NCBI GenBank assembly: GCA_963816145.1
Contig: CAWFJP010000029.1
Location: forward strand, 256,001-320,000
From: an uncultured delta proteobacterium
GTDB taxonomy: Bacteria > Desulfobacterota > Binatia > UBA9968
DNA: 64,000 nt
Direction of reading: 5' to 3'
A model generated the notes under the pieces. It was not told the origin of the DNA, did not search any database, and saw only the letters and a program-made list of their open reading frames with translations. Shown in pieces: positions 39,859-50,031 of the stretch. Numbering within the stretch: the stretch's first letter is position 1; each line of letters opens with the position of its first letter. Both the position numbers and the translations under genes were made by a program.

Positions 39859-41229
39859 TTACTTGGCGCAGGTGCGAAAGCCGGCCCAGACATCACGCCG
39901 ATCGGGGGTGTAGAAGTTGCGCCAGCTGTTGCGGATCAACAACGACGAGGTCGCCCAGCAGCCGCCGCGCAGGACTTTATGAGTGCCGAACCAGGGCTGC
40001 GAGTATTCCTTGTAAGGATCGGCGCTAAAGCCTGGATAGGGCAGGAAATCATCCGCAGTCCATTCCCAGACGTTGCCGATCATCTGGCGGCAGCCGAAGG
40101 CGCTGTCGCCGGCGTTATAAGCTGCGACTTCGACGACACCGTCGCCGCGCCAGCCGAGATTGGCATGTTGTGGTTCGGGGGATTGATCGCCCCAAGGATA
40201 ATGGCGCCGTCGTTGACTTAGTCCGATTCCTGCCGATGTCGGTTCTCCCGATGCGGCTAATTCCCATTCCGCTTCGGTGGGCAGGCGCCGGCCGGCCCAG
40301 TTACAAAACGCTTCGGCCTCAAACCAGCTGATATGCACCACTGGCAGATCTTCGTTCAACAGGACGTAGCGGTCGTAGACGCGCTGCTGCCAGCGCCCAT
40401 TATCGAGCGGCTGCCAGTAGACCGGATGGTCGAGTTTTTCCTTATACGCGGCAATTTCAACGGGCTCACTGACGTTTTTGTTGAAGAACTTGGCGAAGGA
40501 TTTTTCCAGCTGCGGCGAGCCGCCGGATTCGAGCCATCGCCAGCCCTCGGTGCTCCAATACTTCGGTTCGCGATAGCCACCTTCTTCGACGAATTCCAAA
40601 TAATCGCCGTTGGTCACAGGCGCGCGAGCGATGCTGAACGGTTTGACCTCGACCTCATGGGCCCATTTCTCGTTGTCGAATATAAACGGAACATCCTTGG
40701 TTGCGCCGATAAGAAACTTTCCGCCGGGAATTTCGACATCGCCGGGCCAAGCGCGCGGATCGAGAGTGTCACCCAACGCGGATAGCTGGAGAAACCGCGG
40801 TGGCGGGTAGCCCAGAGTCTGGCGCGTGTAGGCGAGCGCTTCGGAGTGCATCCCTTCGTGAAACGTCGCCAACCAATCAAAATAGAACTCGTCGGGCGAT
40901 AGTTCGGATTTGCCGTCGATGCGGGCGATGCAGCGCTCGAGCACTTCGTTCATGTAGGCCAGGGTGTCGGCTCGGTTCGGCAGCAGCAACTCCCAGCGAG
41001 TGTCGTGGGCGACATCTGTGGAGTTATAAAGCCGGTCGCCAGATTCCAGGATCGGCCGCTCGCCGCGCAAGTGGCGCAGTACCCAAAACTCCTGGAACCA
41101 GGCGACATGGCCGATCTCCCACAGCGGCGGATTGACGATCGCCAAGCGCGGGCCGATCAGCTGGCGATCGTCAAGATCGGCGACCAGGCCAAGCAGGCGG
41201 CCGCGGAACTCACGCATGGCGGCGATCAA
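39859..41229 (-). CDS. senA: Selenoneine synthase SenA (EgtB-like DinB plus FGE domains)
   Basis: 'NPPLWEIGHVAWFQEFW.LR', 'HDTRW.L', 'FHEGMHSEA..YTRQTLGY', 'RLPTEAEWE', 'RNFYTPDRRDVWAGFRTC'; directly upstream of senB. Confidence 0.85.
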   Translation of the reverse strand: MIAAMREFRGRLLGLVADLDDRQLIGPRLAIVNPPLWEIGHVAWFQEFWVLRHLRGERPILESGDRLYNSTDVAHDTRWELLLPNRADTLAYMNEVLERCIARIDGKSELSPDEFYFDWLATFHEGMHSEALAYTRQTLGYPPPRFLQLSALGDTLDPRAWPGDVEIPGGKFLIGATKDVPFIFDNEKWAHEVEVKPFSIARAPVTNGDYLEFVEEGGYREPKYWSTEGWRWLESGGSPQLEKSFAKFFNKNVSEPVEIAAYKEKLDHPVYWQPLDNGRWQQRVYDRYVLLNEDLPVVHISWFEAEAFCNWAGRRLPTEAEWELAASGEPTSAGIGLSQRRRHYPWGDQSPEPQHANLGWRGDGVVEVAAYNAGDSAFGCRQMIGNVWEWTADDFLPYPGFSADPYKEYSQPWFGTHKVLRGGCWATSSLLIRNSWRNFYTPDRRDVWAGFRTCAK

Positions 41230-41392
41230 TTGGCTTCACGCTCATGGTGGCGCGAGGGCCGGCGCTCGGCTGGAGACGACGTTGATGCGAGATTCTCCAT
41301 GCTGATGCTCAATAGCCAGCTGTGATTCGAACGAGTGAGAAATCTTATTCTTCTTGATGTCTAACTGCAATCTCGCTGCGCATCACAAATCT

Positions 41393-42526
41393 TTAAGTCA
41401 ATTTCGCGATGGCTGCGCGCCATGGTGCCAATTCTTTCACCCATCGCCGGCCGCGATTTCGTTCGACGTAGGCGTAGGCCGCTCGCAGTCGGCGCGTCTC
41501 GGCTGGTGTTAGTCGCAGCGGGCGTTTGTCCTTTTTGGTGGCGCTGCTCGCTTCAGCATAACTCCTGAGCGCACGCCAATGCGGCAACGCGTCGGCGCCG
41601 AAGCGCTGGCGGACGATATTCGTCCAGGACGATTCCGCTCGATACTTGGCCGGAGCATGGGCGTAGTCGAAGCAAGTCGCCAACGGGATAAAACTCAACT
41701 CTTCTTGCAGCAACGGATTGTTGAGATAGCCGTAGACAGACTCGGGCAAGCGCGGATCCCGGCCGATGAGGGGGGCGATGTGTAGTTCTTCGCGCATGGA
41801 CAGATCGTTGACCGGATAGTTGTCCCACAGCAATAACGGACGTTGGATCTTCTTGGCAATGCGCCGCACATGGGAAAGGGTGATGGTTTTTGAAACCACC
41901 GATGGCCCGGTCCAGAAGCAGGGGGTGTTTGGCGGCAGATATTGCGCCAAAGTTTCGAGAAAATGCGGTTCGAACTTGCCGAAGACTCGTTCGAGCATGG
42001 CATCCTCGCTGTAATAAGAAGGACAAATCCACCAGGCGACGTCGCTCCAGCTCCCCGGCTGGGCGGCGATGATTTTTGCCAGCCAAGTCCCCTCGGCGCG
42101 CGCCAGGCTATTCCTAAAAGCGCGCCGGTCGCGCGGATCGCTCAAGCGCGAAGGAATATCGTCGAACAAGACGGCGAAGGTGCGCACGCCGGCGTCGTAG
42201 AAGCGCTGCGCTTTGCGCAGGAGAATGCCAACGGCGCGATCGTCGCCGAAGTACAATCCCTCGCCGGGGTGAAAACCATAGACGAAGTCAATTCGATTAC
42301 TTTGCGCAGCTCGAATCAGCAGTAGGAGCTCGCGCCATTTCGTTTTAGGATAGGGCTGTCGCCATAGCTTTCGATGATACGGATCGTCTTTGGGCGCATA
42401 GAGAAAGGTATTCATCCCCCGCGCCGCGCCGAATTCGAACAGCCGCCGTCGGTGCGACATTGACCAAGGTGGACCGAAAAAACCTTCGACAATGCCGCGG
42501 CGCAGAAAAGTTTTAGCGGCGTTCAT
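41393..42526 (-). CDS. GH84 family beta-N-acetylglucosaminidase (O-GlcNAcase-like), no signal peptide
   Basis: 'GIVEGFFG.PWS', 'YAPKDDPYHR..WR..YP', catalytic 'FAVLFDDI', 'CP..Y', 'WTG', 'WDNYPVND'. Confidence 0.88.
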   Translation of the reverse strand: MNAAKTFLRRGIVEGFFGPPWSMSHRRRLFEFGAARGMNTFLYAPKDDPYHRKLWRQPYPKTKWRELLLLIRAAQSNRIDFVYGFHPGEGLYFGDDRAVGILLRKAQRFYDAGVRTFAVLFDDIPSRLSDPRDRRAFRNSLARAEGTWLAKIIAAQPGSWSDVAWWICPSYYSEDAMLERVFGKFEPHFLETLAQYLPPNTPCFWTGPSVVSKTITLSHVRRIAKKIQRPLLLWDNYPVNDLSMREELHIAPLIGRDPRLPESVYGYLNNPLLQEELSFIPLATCFDYAHAPAKYRAESSWTNIVRQRFGADALPHWRALRSYAEASSATKKDKRPLRLTPAETRRLRAAYAYVERNRGRRWVKELAPWRAAIAKLT

Positions 42527-42719
42527 ACGGCGCCAATTTCGCACAGCAACGCTGGTGGAACAAGATTGCGGTGGTTATTCGGCGTGAGGCGCGGAATAAC
42601 TCAGCGATAATGGGACATCGCGATTCAGCGTCGGAATGGTCGGATGGCTAATGGTCGCTTCGGTGAGCTAGCCCGGATTCGAACGACACCAAAAGTAGAC
42701 AAGAACCCCCACCTGCTCG

Positions 42720-43568
42720 TTAGCTCTTCAAAAACGGCACGCCCAGGCGCATTAGGTCGTCGAAGGCATCCCAGTGCACCATGTGCTTGCAGCCGTTGAC
42801 GATGTGAAGGTTGATTTGGGGTTGCTGTTCTTTCAGCAGTTGGGCGCGTTCGCCGGCGTGGGCGCGGTCTTCACGGCCGAAGATCATCAACAGCGGCATC
42901 TTCAGCTCGGCGAGTCTTTCATATAAGGGCTTGCTCGCCGCGCCGCCGCCGGCGGGGGCGTCGTGGCTCTGGCGGTCCTGGTGTGCTTTGAAATTGCCGC
43001 CGATCATGCTGCGGTGGCGCAGGGCGACGTCTTCGTCCGAGATTAACGCATGGTTGAAAGTGTCAGCCTGCAAAAGTTTGCGGGCATCCTCGACTGTCGG
43101 TTCCTTTTGCGCCATCTCTTTGTCGACGCGCGCCTGCACCGCTTCGTACTTCCCGACCTGGGCTTCGGTCTGCAGCGGCAGCAGCGAGCCGGTGCCAAGA
43201 ATGATGACGTGCGAATAGCGGCTCGGCTCTTCCAACGCCAGTTGAATGGCGAATCCGCCCGAGCGTGAATGGGCGATCAGCGCGGTCTTGCCGAGGCCCG
43301 CGGCATCGATGAATTTCGGGATGGAGTTGCGTTGCTGCGCCGTGCTTTGCTTGGCGGGTATGTCGGAGAGGCCAAAACCGGGATAGTCAAAGGCAACGGA
43401 GCGAAATCCGGCCTTGGCAAAAGGGCCGAGATTGCGCAAAAACACATCCGCCGAGCTGCCCAGCGACGCGCCGTGCAGGAACAGCAACGATGGCCCCGAA
43501 CCTTCTTCGATATAGCGAAGTTTCAGTCCATCGACGGTAACGAACTTGTTTTCCGGTTTGGTCGCCAT
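42720..43568 (-). CDS. Alpha/beta fold hydrolase
   Basis: 'LFLHG', 'D.PGFG.S', nucleophile 'AHSRSG', 'G.ED', 'GCKHM'. Confidence 0.85.
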   Translation of the reverse strand: MATKPENKFVTVDGLKLRYIEEGSGPSLLFLHGASLGSSADVFLRNLGPFAKAGFRSVAFDYPGFGLSDIPAKQSTAQQRNSIPKFIDAAGLGKTALIAHSRSGGFAIQLALEEPSRYSHVIILGTGSLLPLQTEAQVGKYEAVQARVDKEMAQKEPTVEDARKLLQADTFNHALISDEDVALRHRSMIGGNFKAHQDRQSHDAPAGGGAASKPLYERLAELKMPLLMIFGREDRAHAGERAQLLKEQQPQINLHIVNGCKHMVHWDAFDDLMRLGVPFLKS

Positions 43569-43841
43569 GACATTGTCTCCTTATGACGCAGAATAAGATT
43601 CTCATCCGCGCGCGTTCTATGTGAGCAGCTGCCGCTTGGCCGCGTCGTGCGAGTTTATGGAAATCTGTACAGGAAACAGTAGCAAGGTGTCAATCACGGT
43701 TTCGCCTTCCCTGGGCACGGATTCCGGTTGAAATATGTTTTCAGAAATCGCCGATCGAATGTGGCAGGTCGTAGAATTCGCGCGAGATTATCTTGCCAAG
43801 ACTATCCTCTTTGCGTAGGATCGAGAGCGGATACTGCACCG

Positions 43842-44651
43842 ATGATACGATTGCCTGTGACGCTGTTCGCCGTTTTATCATTGACGGTCGTGGGATTTGC
43901 CAGCGCCGCTGTGGTTGCGCCGTCGAACGACCTCGGCGAAATGATTCGCATTCCCGCCGGCGTGTTCGTGATGGGTAGTAATGACGGTCCGGCAGACGAA
44001 CGGCCGCAGCATCGCGTCGAAGTTGCCGAGTTCTTCATCGATCGCACCAAGGTGACGAATGCCTCGTTCGCACTGTTCCTGAACGCCATTGGACCGGAAG
44101 GTCCCAAGGGCGAAATATATTTCGATATCGATGACAGCGATGCGCGCGTGCACCGGCGCAACGGTGAGTGGACGGCGGATGCCGGGTTTGAGAATAATCC
44201 GGTCGTCGAAGCTTCCTGGTATGGCGCCGTCGCCTTTTGCCGCTGGGCCGGCAAACGTTTGCCGACGGAAGCGGAGTGGGAAAAGGCGGCGCGCGGCACC
44301 GATGGTCGAAAATATCCCTGGGGTGACGAAGCTCCAGATCGGACGCGAGCGCAATTCGGCGCCGGTTGGAACGAGCTCAAGCCGGTCGGGAGTTTCCCCA
44401 ATGGCGCGAGTCCTTACCGACTGCTCGATGCGGCGGGAAACGGCTGGGAGTGGGTGAGCAGCGCCTATCGCCCCTATCCGTACAATTTGAGAGACGGCCG
44501 GGAGGATCTCAACAAAGATATGGTGCGCACCACTCGCGGCGGCGGGCATGACGCGCGAAGCGAAGAATTGACCGCGACTCATCGCGGCCGGCATGTCTCG
44601 CGCAATCCGCACGGCGGCCATCACAACATCGGCTTTCGCTGTGCGCGCTAG
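43842..44651 (+). CDS. Exported FGE-sulfatase (SUMF1/EgtB/PvdO) domain protein
   Basis: Signal peptide; 'F.MGS', 'E.P.H.V', 'RLPTEAEWEKAARG', 'GN.WEW', 'RGG', 'GFRCA'. Confidence 0.85.
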   Translation: MIRLPVTLFAVLSLTVVGFASAAVVAPSNDLGEMIRIPAGVFVMGSNDGPADERPQHRVEVAEFFIDRTKVTNASFALFLNAIGPEGPKGEIYFDIDDSDARVHRRNGEWTADAGFENNPVVEASWYGAVAFCRWAGKRLPTEAEWEKAARGTDGRKYPWGDEAPDRTRAQFGAGWNELKPVGSFPNGASPYRLLDAAGNGWEWVSSAYRPYPYNLRDGREDLNKDMVRTTRGGGHDARSEELTATHRGRHVSRNPHGGHHNIGFRCAR

Positions 44652-44676
44652 CTGGTTATCGCCGCCAATACATTTC

Positions 44677-45321
44677 ATGCCGCTTTTTTACGTCATCGAA
44701 GGAATGCTCATCGGTCTGGTGGTCGCAGTGCCGGTGGGGCCGTTGGGTTTGTTGTGCATCAATCGGTCGCTCATGTTAGGTACGGTCGCCGGTCTGGCTT
44801 CAGGATTGGGCGTCGCCAGCGCCGATGCACTTGCCGCCGGCATCGCCGCGCTGGGGATTTCCTTGATTTCCGATTTTTTTATCGAATATCAATTTTTGCT
44901 GCGCTTGGTCGGCGGGATCTTTCTTTGTGTGATCGGTTATCGGATTTACCGCACCGAGCCGGCGGCGCAAATCCCGACGATTTCGAATAACGGCTTATTC
45001 GGCGCCTATGCGACGGCTTTTTTTCTGGCCATTTCCAATCCGGCGACGATTCTATCGTTTATCGCGATCTATGCGGGCTGGCATGTGCCGACGCTTCACG
45101 GCCATTATATGGCGGCGCTGTTGTTGATGACGGGAGTTTTCATCGGTTCGGGGTTGTGGTGGGTGGCGCTGTTTGCCGGGTTCACGCTGTTCCGGCTCAA
45201 CATCGGCCACGGATTTTTGGCTTGGGTCCATCGCATTTCCGGAGGGGTGATCGTCGGTTTCGGCATTATAGTGCTTTTGAGCTTGTCGCCCTTGAAACAA
45301 GCTTTGAACATTAATTTCTGA
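44677..45321 (+). CDS. LysE family translocator
   Basis: 'A.PVGP', 'GLGVA.AD', 'AISNP.TI', about 6 TM segments. Confidence 0.85.
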   Translation: MPLFYVIEGMLIGLVVAVPVGPLGLLCINRSLMLGTVAGLASGLGVASADALAAGIAALGISLISDFFIEYQFLLRLVGGIFLCVIGYRIYRTEPAAQIPTISNNGLFGAYATAFFLAISNPATILSFIAIYAGWHVPTLHGHYMAALLLMTGVFIGSGLWWVALFAGFTLFRLNIGHGFLAWVHRISGGVIVGFGIIVLLSLSPLKQALNINF

Positions 45322-45323
45322 CC

Positions 45324-46307
45324 ATGGTTCGGCAGGCAGATGCTATCGTGCAGCGCGGCAGTGGGGTGCCGGAGGCGATCAACGGCGCGCTGGCGGTTTT
45401 TTTCCTCGGTGTCAATCTGATTGAGTATTTCGTCTTGTCGCTGTGGTTGTTGCCGCGGGACTTGCGCTGGGGGTGGTTGCTCCTACCGATCGTCCTGCTG
45501 ACCAATCCTTTCTGGAGTCTGATTCACGAAGCGATTCACGATCTGATTCATTCAAATAAATCGGTCAACATGTTTATTGGCAGGTCGCTGGCGATCCTGT
45601 TCGGTTCGCCGTATCGCATTCTCCGGCTCAGTCATTTGCTGCATCACAAGCTCAATCGCATGCCCGTGGAAGGCACGGAGTTTTACGATCGCGACAAGGG
45701 CAGCAAAACGGCCGCGGCGCCGGGATATTATTTTCAGATCCTGCTCGGTCTTTACCTGGTCGAAGTGATCAGTCCGCTGTATTTTTTCCTGCCGCGGCGC
45801 TGGCTCGAGCGATTTCGCGTCCGCTATCTGCCGGCCCAGGGCGTCAGCGCCATTTTGATGCAAAACTGGCTTGGCGTTGAGTCATTGCGCGAGATTCGTC
45901 GTGACGGGGTGTTGACGATATCTTGTCTGGCCCTGGCCTTTTACTGCTATGGCAGCTATTGGCCGCTTCTGTTGGGCGCGCTGGCGGCGCGCGGCTTGCT
46001 GATTTCGTTTCTCGACAATGTCTACCATTATGAGACGCCGGTGAGCGATGTGTTTTTCGCTAAGAATCTTAGTTTGGCCAAACCGCTGGCGGGCTTATTA
46101 TTAAATTTCAACCTGCACGGCATTCATCACATCAACCCGGCGATTTCGTGGATCGATTTGCCGAAGGCTTTCGACGCTCAGGCCGGCAAGTATCACGGCA
46201 ACTACTTCGCCACGGCGCTGCGCCAGTTGCGCGGCCCCATCGCGCTCCAGGAACTGCCGCATGGTGCTCCGGTGCTGCGGGTGCGCCCGAGTCCATTGAT
46301 TCATTAA
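45324..46307 (+). CDS. Membrane fatty-acid desaturase/hydroxylase family protein
   Basis: Histidine boxes HEAIH, HLLHH, HGIHH. Confidence 0.85.
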   Translation: MVRQADAIVQRGSGVPEAINGALAVFFLGVNLIEYFVLSLWLLPRDLRWGWLLLPIVLLTNPFWSLIHEAIHDLIHSNKSVNMFIGRSLAILFGSPYRILRLSHLLHHKLNRMPVEGTEFYDRDKGSKTAAAPGYYFQILLGLYLVEVISPLYFFLPRRWLERFRVRYLPAQGVSAILMQNWLGVESLREIRRDGVLTISCLALAFYCYGSYWPLLLGALAARGLLISFLDNVYHYETPVSDVFFAKNLSLAKPLAGLLLNFNLHGIHHINPAISWIDLPKAFDAQAGKYHGNYFATALRQLRGPIALQELPHGAPVLRVRPSPLIH

Positions 46308-46326
46308 GCTTACATTTGGGTCATCT

Positions 46327-46435
46327 GTCATTCCGGCGCAGGCCGGAATCTAGGTGGTTGCTGCGGTTGGGTCGCGAGCTCGGATGGATGCCGGCCCCGA
46401 ATCGAGTCCGGGGCAGGCTCTGCGCCGGCATGACG
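46327..46435. repeat. Palindromic REP/MITE-like element between convergent genes
   Basis: gtcattccggcgcaggccggaatc...ggatgccggccccgaatcgagtccggggcaggctctgcgccggcatgacg; near-identical to part of 18100-18206. Confidence 0.8.
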
Positions 46436-46487
46436 AGTCTTAGTCTCGTTGACAGCGAGGACTCACTGGGGGCGACATCGGGAGTAA

Positions 46488-47516
46488 TTAGCCACGCTTG
46501 CGGAGCAGTAGCAGAGAAAACCATTCTTGCGGATCGCTGTAGTGGGCGACCGGCCGCAAGCCGATGAAGCCCAATTGCTCCTGCAATCGGTGCGGTTCGA
46601 ACTTGCGGCTGATTTCGACCAGGATGCGTTCCTGCCGATTCCAGGTGAATGCAGCGTTGGCGCTGGGGAAGCGGATGGTTTGGTCTTCGTTGGCCACGGC
46701 GTACATCTCGATTTGCTGCCACTCAGGATTGAACCAGGAGTGATAGCGCATCTTGTTAAGATCGAAGTTGCTGCCGAGCCGGCGGTTGACACTGCGGAAC
46801 ACATTCAAAATAAATGCTGCGGTGATGCCGCGGCTGTCGTTGTAGGCGGGTTCTAAAATATTCTTATTTTTGACCCGGTCGGCGCCCAGTAGCAGATAAT
46901 CGTTAGGTCCCATGGCGTCCGACAAAGCCCGGAAGAAGCGCGGGAACTCGGTCTGATTGAAGTTGCCGATGGTGCTGCCGAGAAAGATGAATAGTTTCGG
47001 TAGAGCCTTGTCGACGGCGGAAAAGCCCTCCTGGTAGCGCGAATGGATGCCGTGAAAATGGATCTGGGGAAAATCTCTGCTGACCGCGGCTTGAGAAGCG
47101 AGCAGGCCCGCGACGCTGACGTCGATGGGCGCGAAGTGGCAGCGGCCGCGTTGGCGCAACTGTTCGGTGAGTAAGTGCACGGTCTTTTTGCTGTAACCGG
47201 CGCCGAGCTCGACGATGCATTCCACCGGCGCGGCGGCGATGATGGCTTTCGCCTGGGCTTCGAGGATGCTGTTTTCGGTGCGGGTGAGATAGTACTCCGG
47301 CAGTTCGCAGATCTCTTCGAATAGTTCCGAACCTTGATCGTCATAGAGATGATAAGCTTCGAGCCAGCGCGGTTGGTCCCACAGCGTGGTCAAGATCGAC
47401 AGCGTCGGCACCGAGTCGAGATCGGCGCCGCGCCTTGACCAGATGCCGTCAGGCTCCGACGACCAGCGTGACATCTCACTGGCGGCGAAAATGCTTCGTG
47501 ATGTTTCTTGTTTCAT
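46488..47516 (-). CDS. egtD: L-histidine N-alpha-trimethyltransferase (hercynine synthase)
   Basis: 'LYDDQGSELFE.IC.LPEYY.TRTE', 'ELGAG...KT', 'FLGSTIGN', 'AYND..GITA.F..N', 'EISRKF'. Confidence 0.9.
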   Translation of the reverse strand: MKQETSRSIFAASEMSRWSSEPDGIWSRRGADLDSVPTLSILTTLWDQPRWLEAYHLYDDQGSELFEEICELPEYYLTRTENSILEAQAKAIIAAAPVECIVELGAGYSKKTVHLLTEQLRQRGRCHFAPIDVSVAGLLASQAAVSRDFPQIHFHGIHSRYQEGFSAVDKALPKLFIFLGSTIGNFNQTEFPRFFRALSDAMGPNDYLLLGADRVKNKNILEPAYNDSRGITAAFILNVFRSVNRRLGSNFDLNKMRYHSWFNPEWQQIEMYAVANEDQTIRFPSANAAFTWNRQERILVEISRKFEPHRLQEQLGFIGLRPVAHYSDPQEWFSLLLLRKRG

Positions 47517-47613
47517 GGCCGGGGAGACTATAAAAGAAATTAACAGCGGATGCGACATCGAGACCAAGTGTTTTGGCCCTGAAGTGCGCAGCATAAGACT
47601 CCTCTCTTTTGTC

Positions 47614-47682
47614 CGTCATACCGGCGGAAGCCGGTATCCAGGTTTGCGAGTTTGCTGGATTCCGGCGTGCGCCGGAATGACG
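47614..47682. repeat. Paired-hairpin REP-like element
   Basis: cgtcataccggcggaagccggtatccag...ctggattccggcgtgcgccggaatgacg. Confidence 0.8.
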
Positions 47683-47708
47683 AACTGTAAAGTAGATTGG
47701 TCAAGTAT

Positions 47709-48476
47709 ATGAACCGTGATGAGATCGCCATTGAATTTCGCGACGTCAGTTTCACACTGCCGACCGGCAAGACCCTTCTGGCCCACCTGAACCTGCAGGT
47801 TGCCCTCGGCGAGACGCTGGTGCTGCTCGGACGCAGCGGCTCGGGCAAGACCACGACGATGAAATTGATCAACCGCTTGATCGATCCCACCTCGGGCCAG
47901 GTGATCGTCGACGGCAAGCCGACGGTGGATTGGGATCCGATCCGGCTGCGCCGGCGCATCGGTTATGTCATTCAGGAAATCGGCCTGTTCCCGCATCTGA
48001 CCATCGAACAGAACATCGGCGTGGTGCCGCGGCTCGAGGGTTGGGAGCCGGAACGCATTCGCCAGCGGGCGCGCCAGCTTTTGACTCTAGTCGGTCTGGA
48101 CGCCGACCGTTTCGCCGCGCGCTTCCCGCGCGAACTCTCCGGCGGCCAGCGCCAGCGCATCGGTGTCGCCCGAGCCCTGGCGGCAGATCCGCCCGTGATT
48201 CTCCTGGACGAGCCGTTCGGCGCCCTCGATCCGATCACCCGCCGGGATATACAGCAGGAATTTAAAACCTTGCAGCAGGAGCTCGGCAAGACCATGGTGT
48301 TCGTCACCCACGACATCGCCGAAGCCTTCGTGCTCGGCGATCGCATCGGCTTGCTCAAGGACGGCGAAATGGTTTTGCTCGGAGCCCCGGCGGAGCTGCT
48401 CGAATCATCCAATGCCGAGGCGCGCGCTTTTGCCGCCTGCTTTCACGACGGCCAAACGATCGGGAGACCGGCGTGA
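47709..48476 (+). CDS. OpuCA/EgtUA-like ABC ATP-binding protein
   Basis: GRSGSGKT, 'KLINRLI.PTSG', 'LRR.IGYVIQ', LSGGQ, 'DEPFGALDPITR'. Confidence 0.9.
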   Translation: MNRDEIAIEFRDVSFTLPTGKTLLAHLNLQVALGETLVLLGRSGSGKTTTMKLINRLIDPTSGQVIVDGKPTVDWDPIRLRRRIGYVIQEIGLFPHLTIEQNIGVVPRLEGWEPERIRQRARQLLTLVGLDADRFAARFPRELSGGQRQRIGVARALAADPPVILLDEPFGALDPITRRDIQQEFKTLQQELGKTMVFVTHDIAEAFVLGDRIGLLKDGEMVLLGAPAELLESSNAEARAFAACFHDGQTIGRPA

Positions 48477-50031
48477 CGCTGCTGGAATTCTTCGCGAACA
48501 ACCGCAGCGAGTTCGCCGAACTGGTCTTGGAACATTTGTTCCTGGTGATCATGTCCACCGGCATCGCTGTGCTGATCGGCGTGCCTTTGGGTATCCTGCT
48601 GACGCGCCGGCCGGCGCTGAGCAAACCGATTCTCGGTTTTGCCAACATCATGCAGACTGTGCCGAGTTTGGCGCTGTTCGGTTTTCTCATTCCGCTGAAC
48701 ATTTACTTGTTTCAGTTCAAACTCGTCGGCGGTATCGGCGCGCGCACAGCGATCGTCGCCCTGGTGCTTTACTCGCTCTTGCCGATTATCCGCAATACCT
48801 TTACCGGCATCAGCAACGTCGACCCGGCGATCCGCGACGCCGGCCGCGGCATGGGCATGACCGATCGTCAGTTGCTCTTTCAAGTCGAACTGCCGCTCGC
48901 GCTCGGCGTGATTCTCGCCGGCGTGCGTGTGGCCACGGTGATTTGCGTCGGCACGGCAACCATCGCGGCCGCCATCGACGCCGGCGGCCTGGGCCGTTAT
49001 ATCTTTCGCGGCTTGCGCGCCAATGACAACGTGCTCATTCTCGCCGGCGCCGTGCCGGCGGCGCTGATCGCGCTCGGCGCGGATTTGCTCCTGGGCTATT
49101 TCGAGAAGACGATTCAACTCGGCGCTGTGGCGCGTAGCAAGTCAAAAAAACTCCTGTGGGTTACCGCGGTCGTCGTCTTGGCGTTTCTCGGCGGCATGTA
49201 TTTTTTCACCGGCAAAGGAGCTGGGCGCATTGCCGTGGGTTCCAAAGACTTCACCGAACAGGTGATTGTCGGCGAGATCCTCGCCCAAGCGATCGAGGCG
49301 AAAACCGGCATGGAGGTGGTGCGACGTTTCGACCTGGGCGGCAATCTCGCCCATGACGCGCTTGTCGGCGGTGAGATCGATCTTTACGTCGAATACACCG
49401 GCACCGGACTGCTGGCGATCCTGAAAGAAAAGCCACTGGCCGATCCGCAGGAAGTCTACGCCGTGTGAAAGCAGAGTATGCCAAGCGCTTCGACCTGGAA
49501 TGGACCGAGCCGCTCGGCTTCAACAATACCTTCGCCATACTTGTCCGCGGCGAGGATGCCAAGAAGCTCGGTTTGAAATCCGTCAGCGACGCGGCCAAGG
49601 TCTCGTCTCAATGGCGCGCCGGCTTCGGCCAGGACTTCATGTCGCGCGCCGACGGTTATCCGGGATTTTCCAAAGCCTACGGACTGCACTTCGAGGCAAC
49701 GCGCGAAATGGATCTGTCGCTGACCTACCGGGCGCTGGCGGAAAATCAGGTCGATCTCATCGCCGGCAACTCCACCGACGGTTTGATCGCGCGCTACGGT
49801 TTGTTCCAATTGGAGGACGACCGCCACTATTTTCCGCCCTACGACGCCGTCCCCGTGGTGCGGCAGTCGACGTTGCAAAAACATCCGCCGCTGCGCGACG
49901 TGCTGAGGCAGCTCGGCGGTATTCTCACCGTCGAGGAGATGCGCAAGCTCAATTACGCGGTGGACGGCGAGAAACGCCAAGCGAAGGATGTGGCGCGGGA
50001 GTTTTTGCGTGGCAAGGGAATCTTGCCTTAA
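48473..50031 (+). pseudogene. Betaine-type ABC permease fused to its substrate-binding domain (EgtU/OpuBC-like), split by a -1 frameshift (possibly a sequencing error)
   Basis: Permease 'QTVPSLALFG..GGLG..I..G', then SBP 'GSKDFTEQ..YVEYTGT'. It continues in another frame at about 49460 (TAC GC CGT GTG AAA) with 'GFNNTFA', 'STDG', 'FPPYD'. Confidence 0.82.

Noticed and set aside
41226-41250. In-frame TGA codons just upstream of senA as possible selenocysteine
   Set aside because: They lie in a non-conserved N-terminal region with no evident SECIS hairpin. An alternative start or a frameshift explains them more simply.
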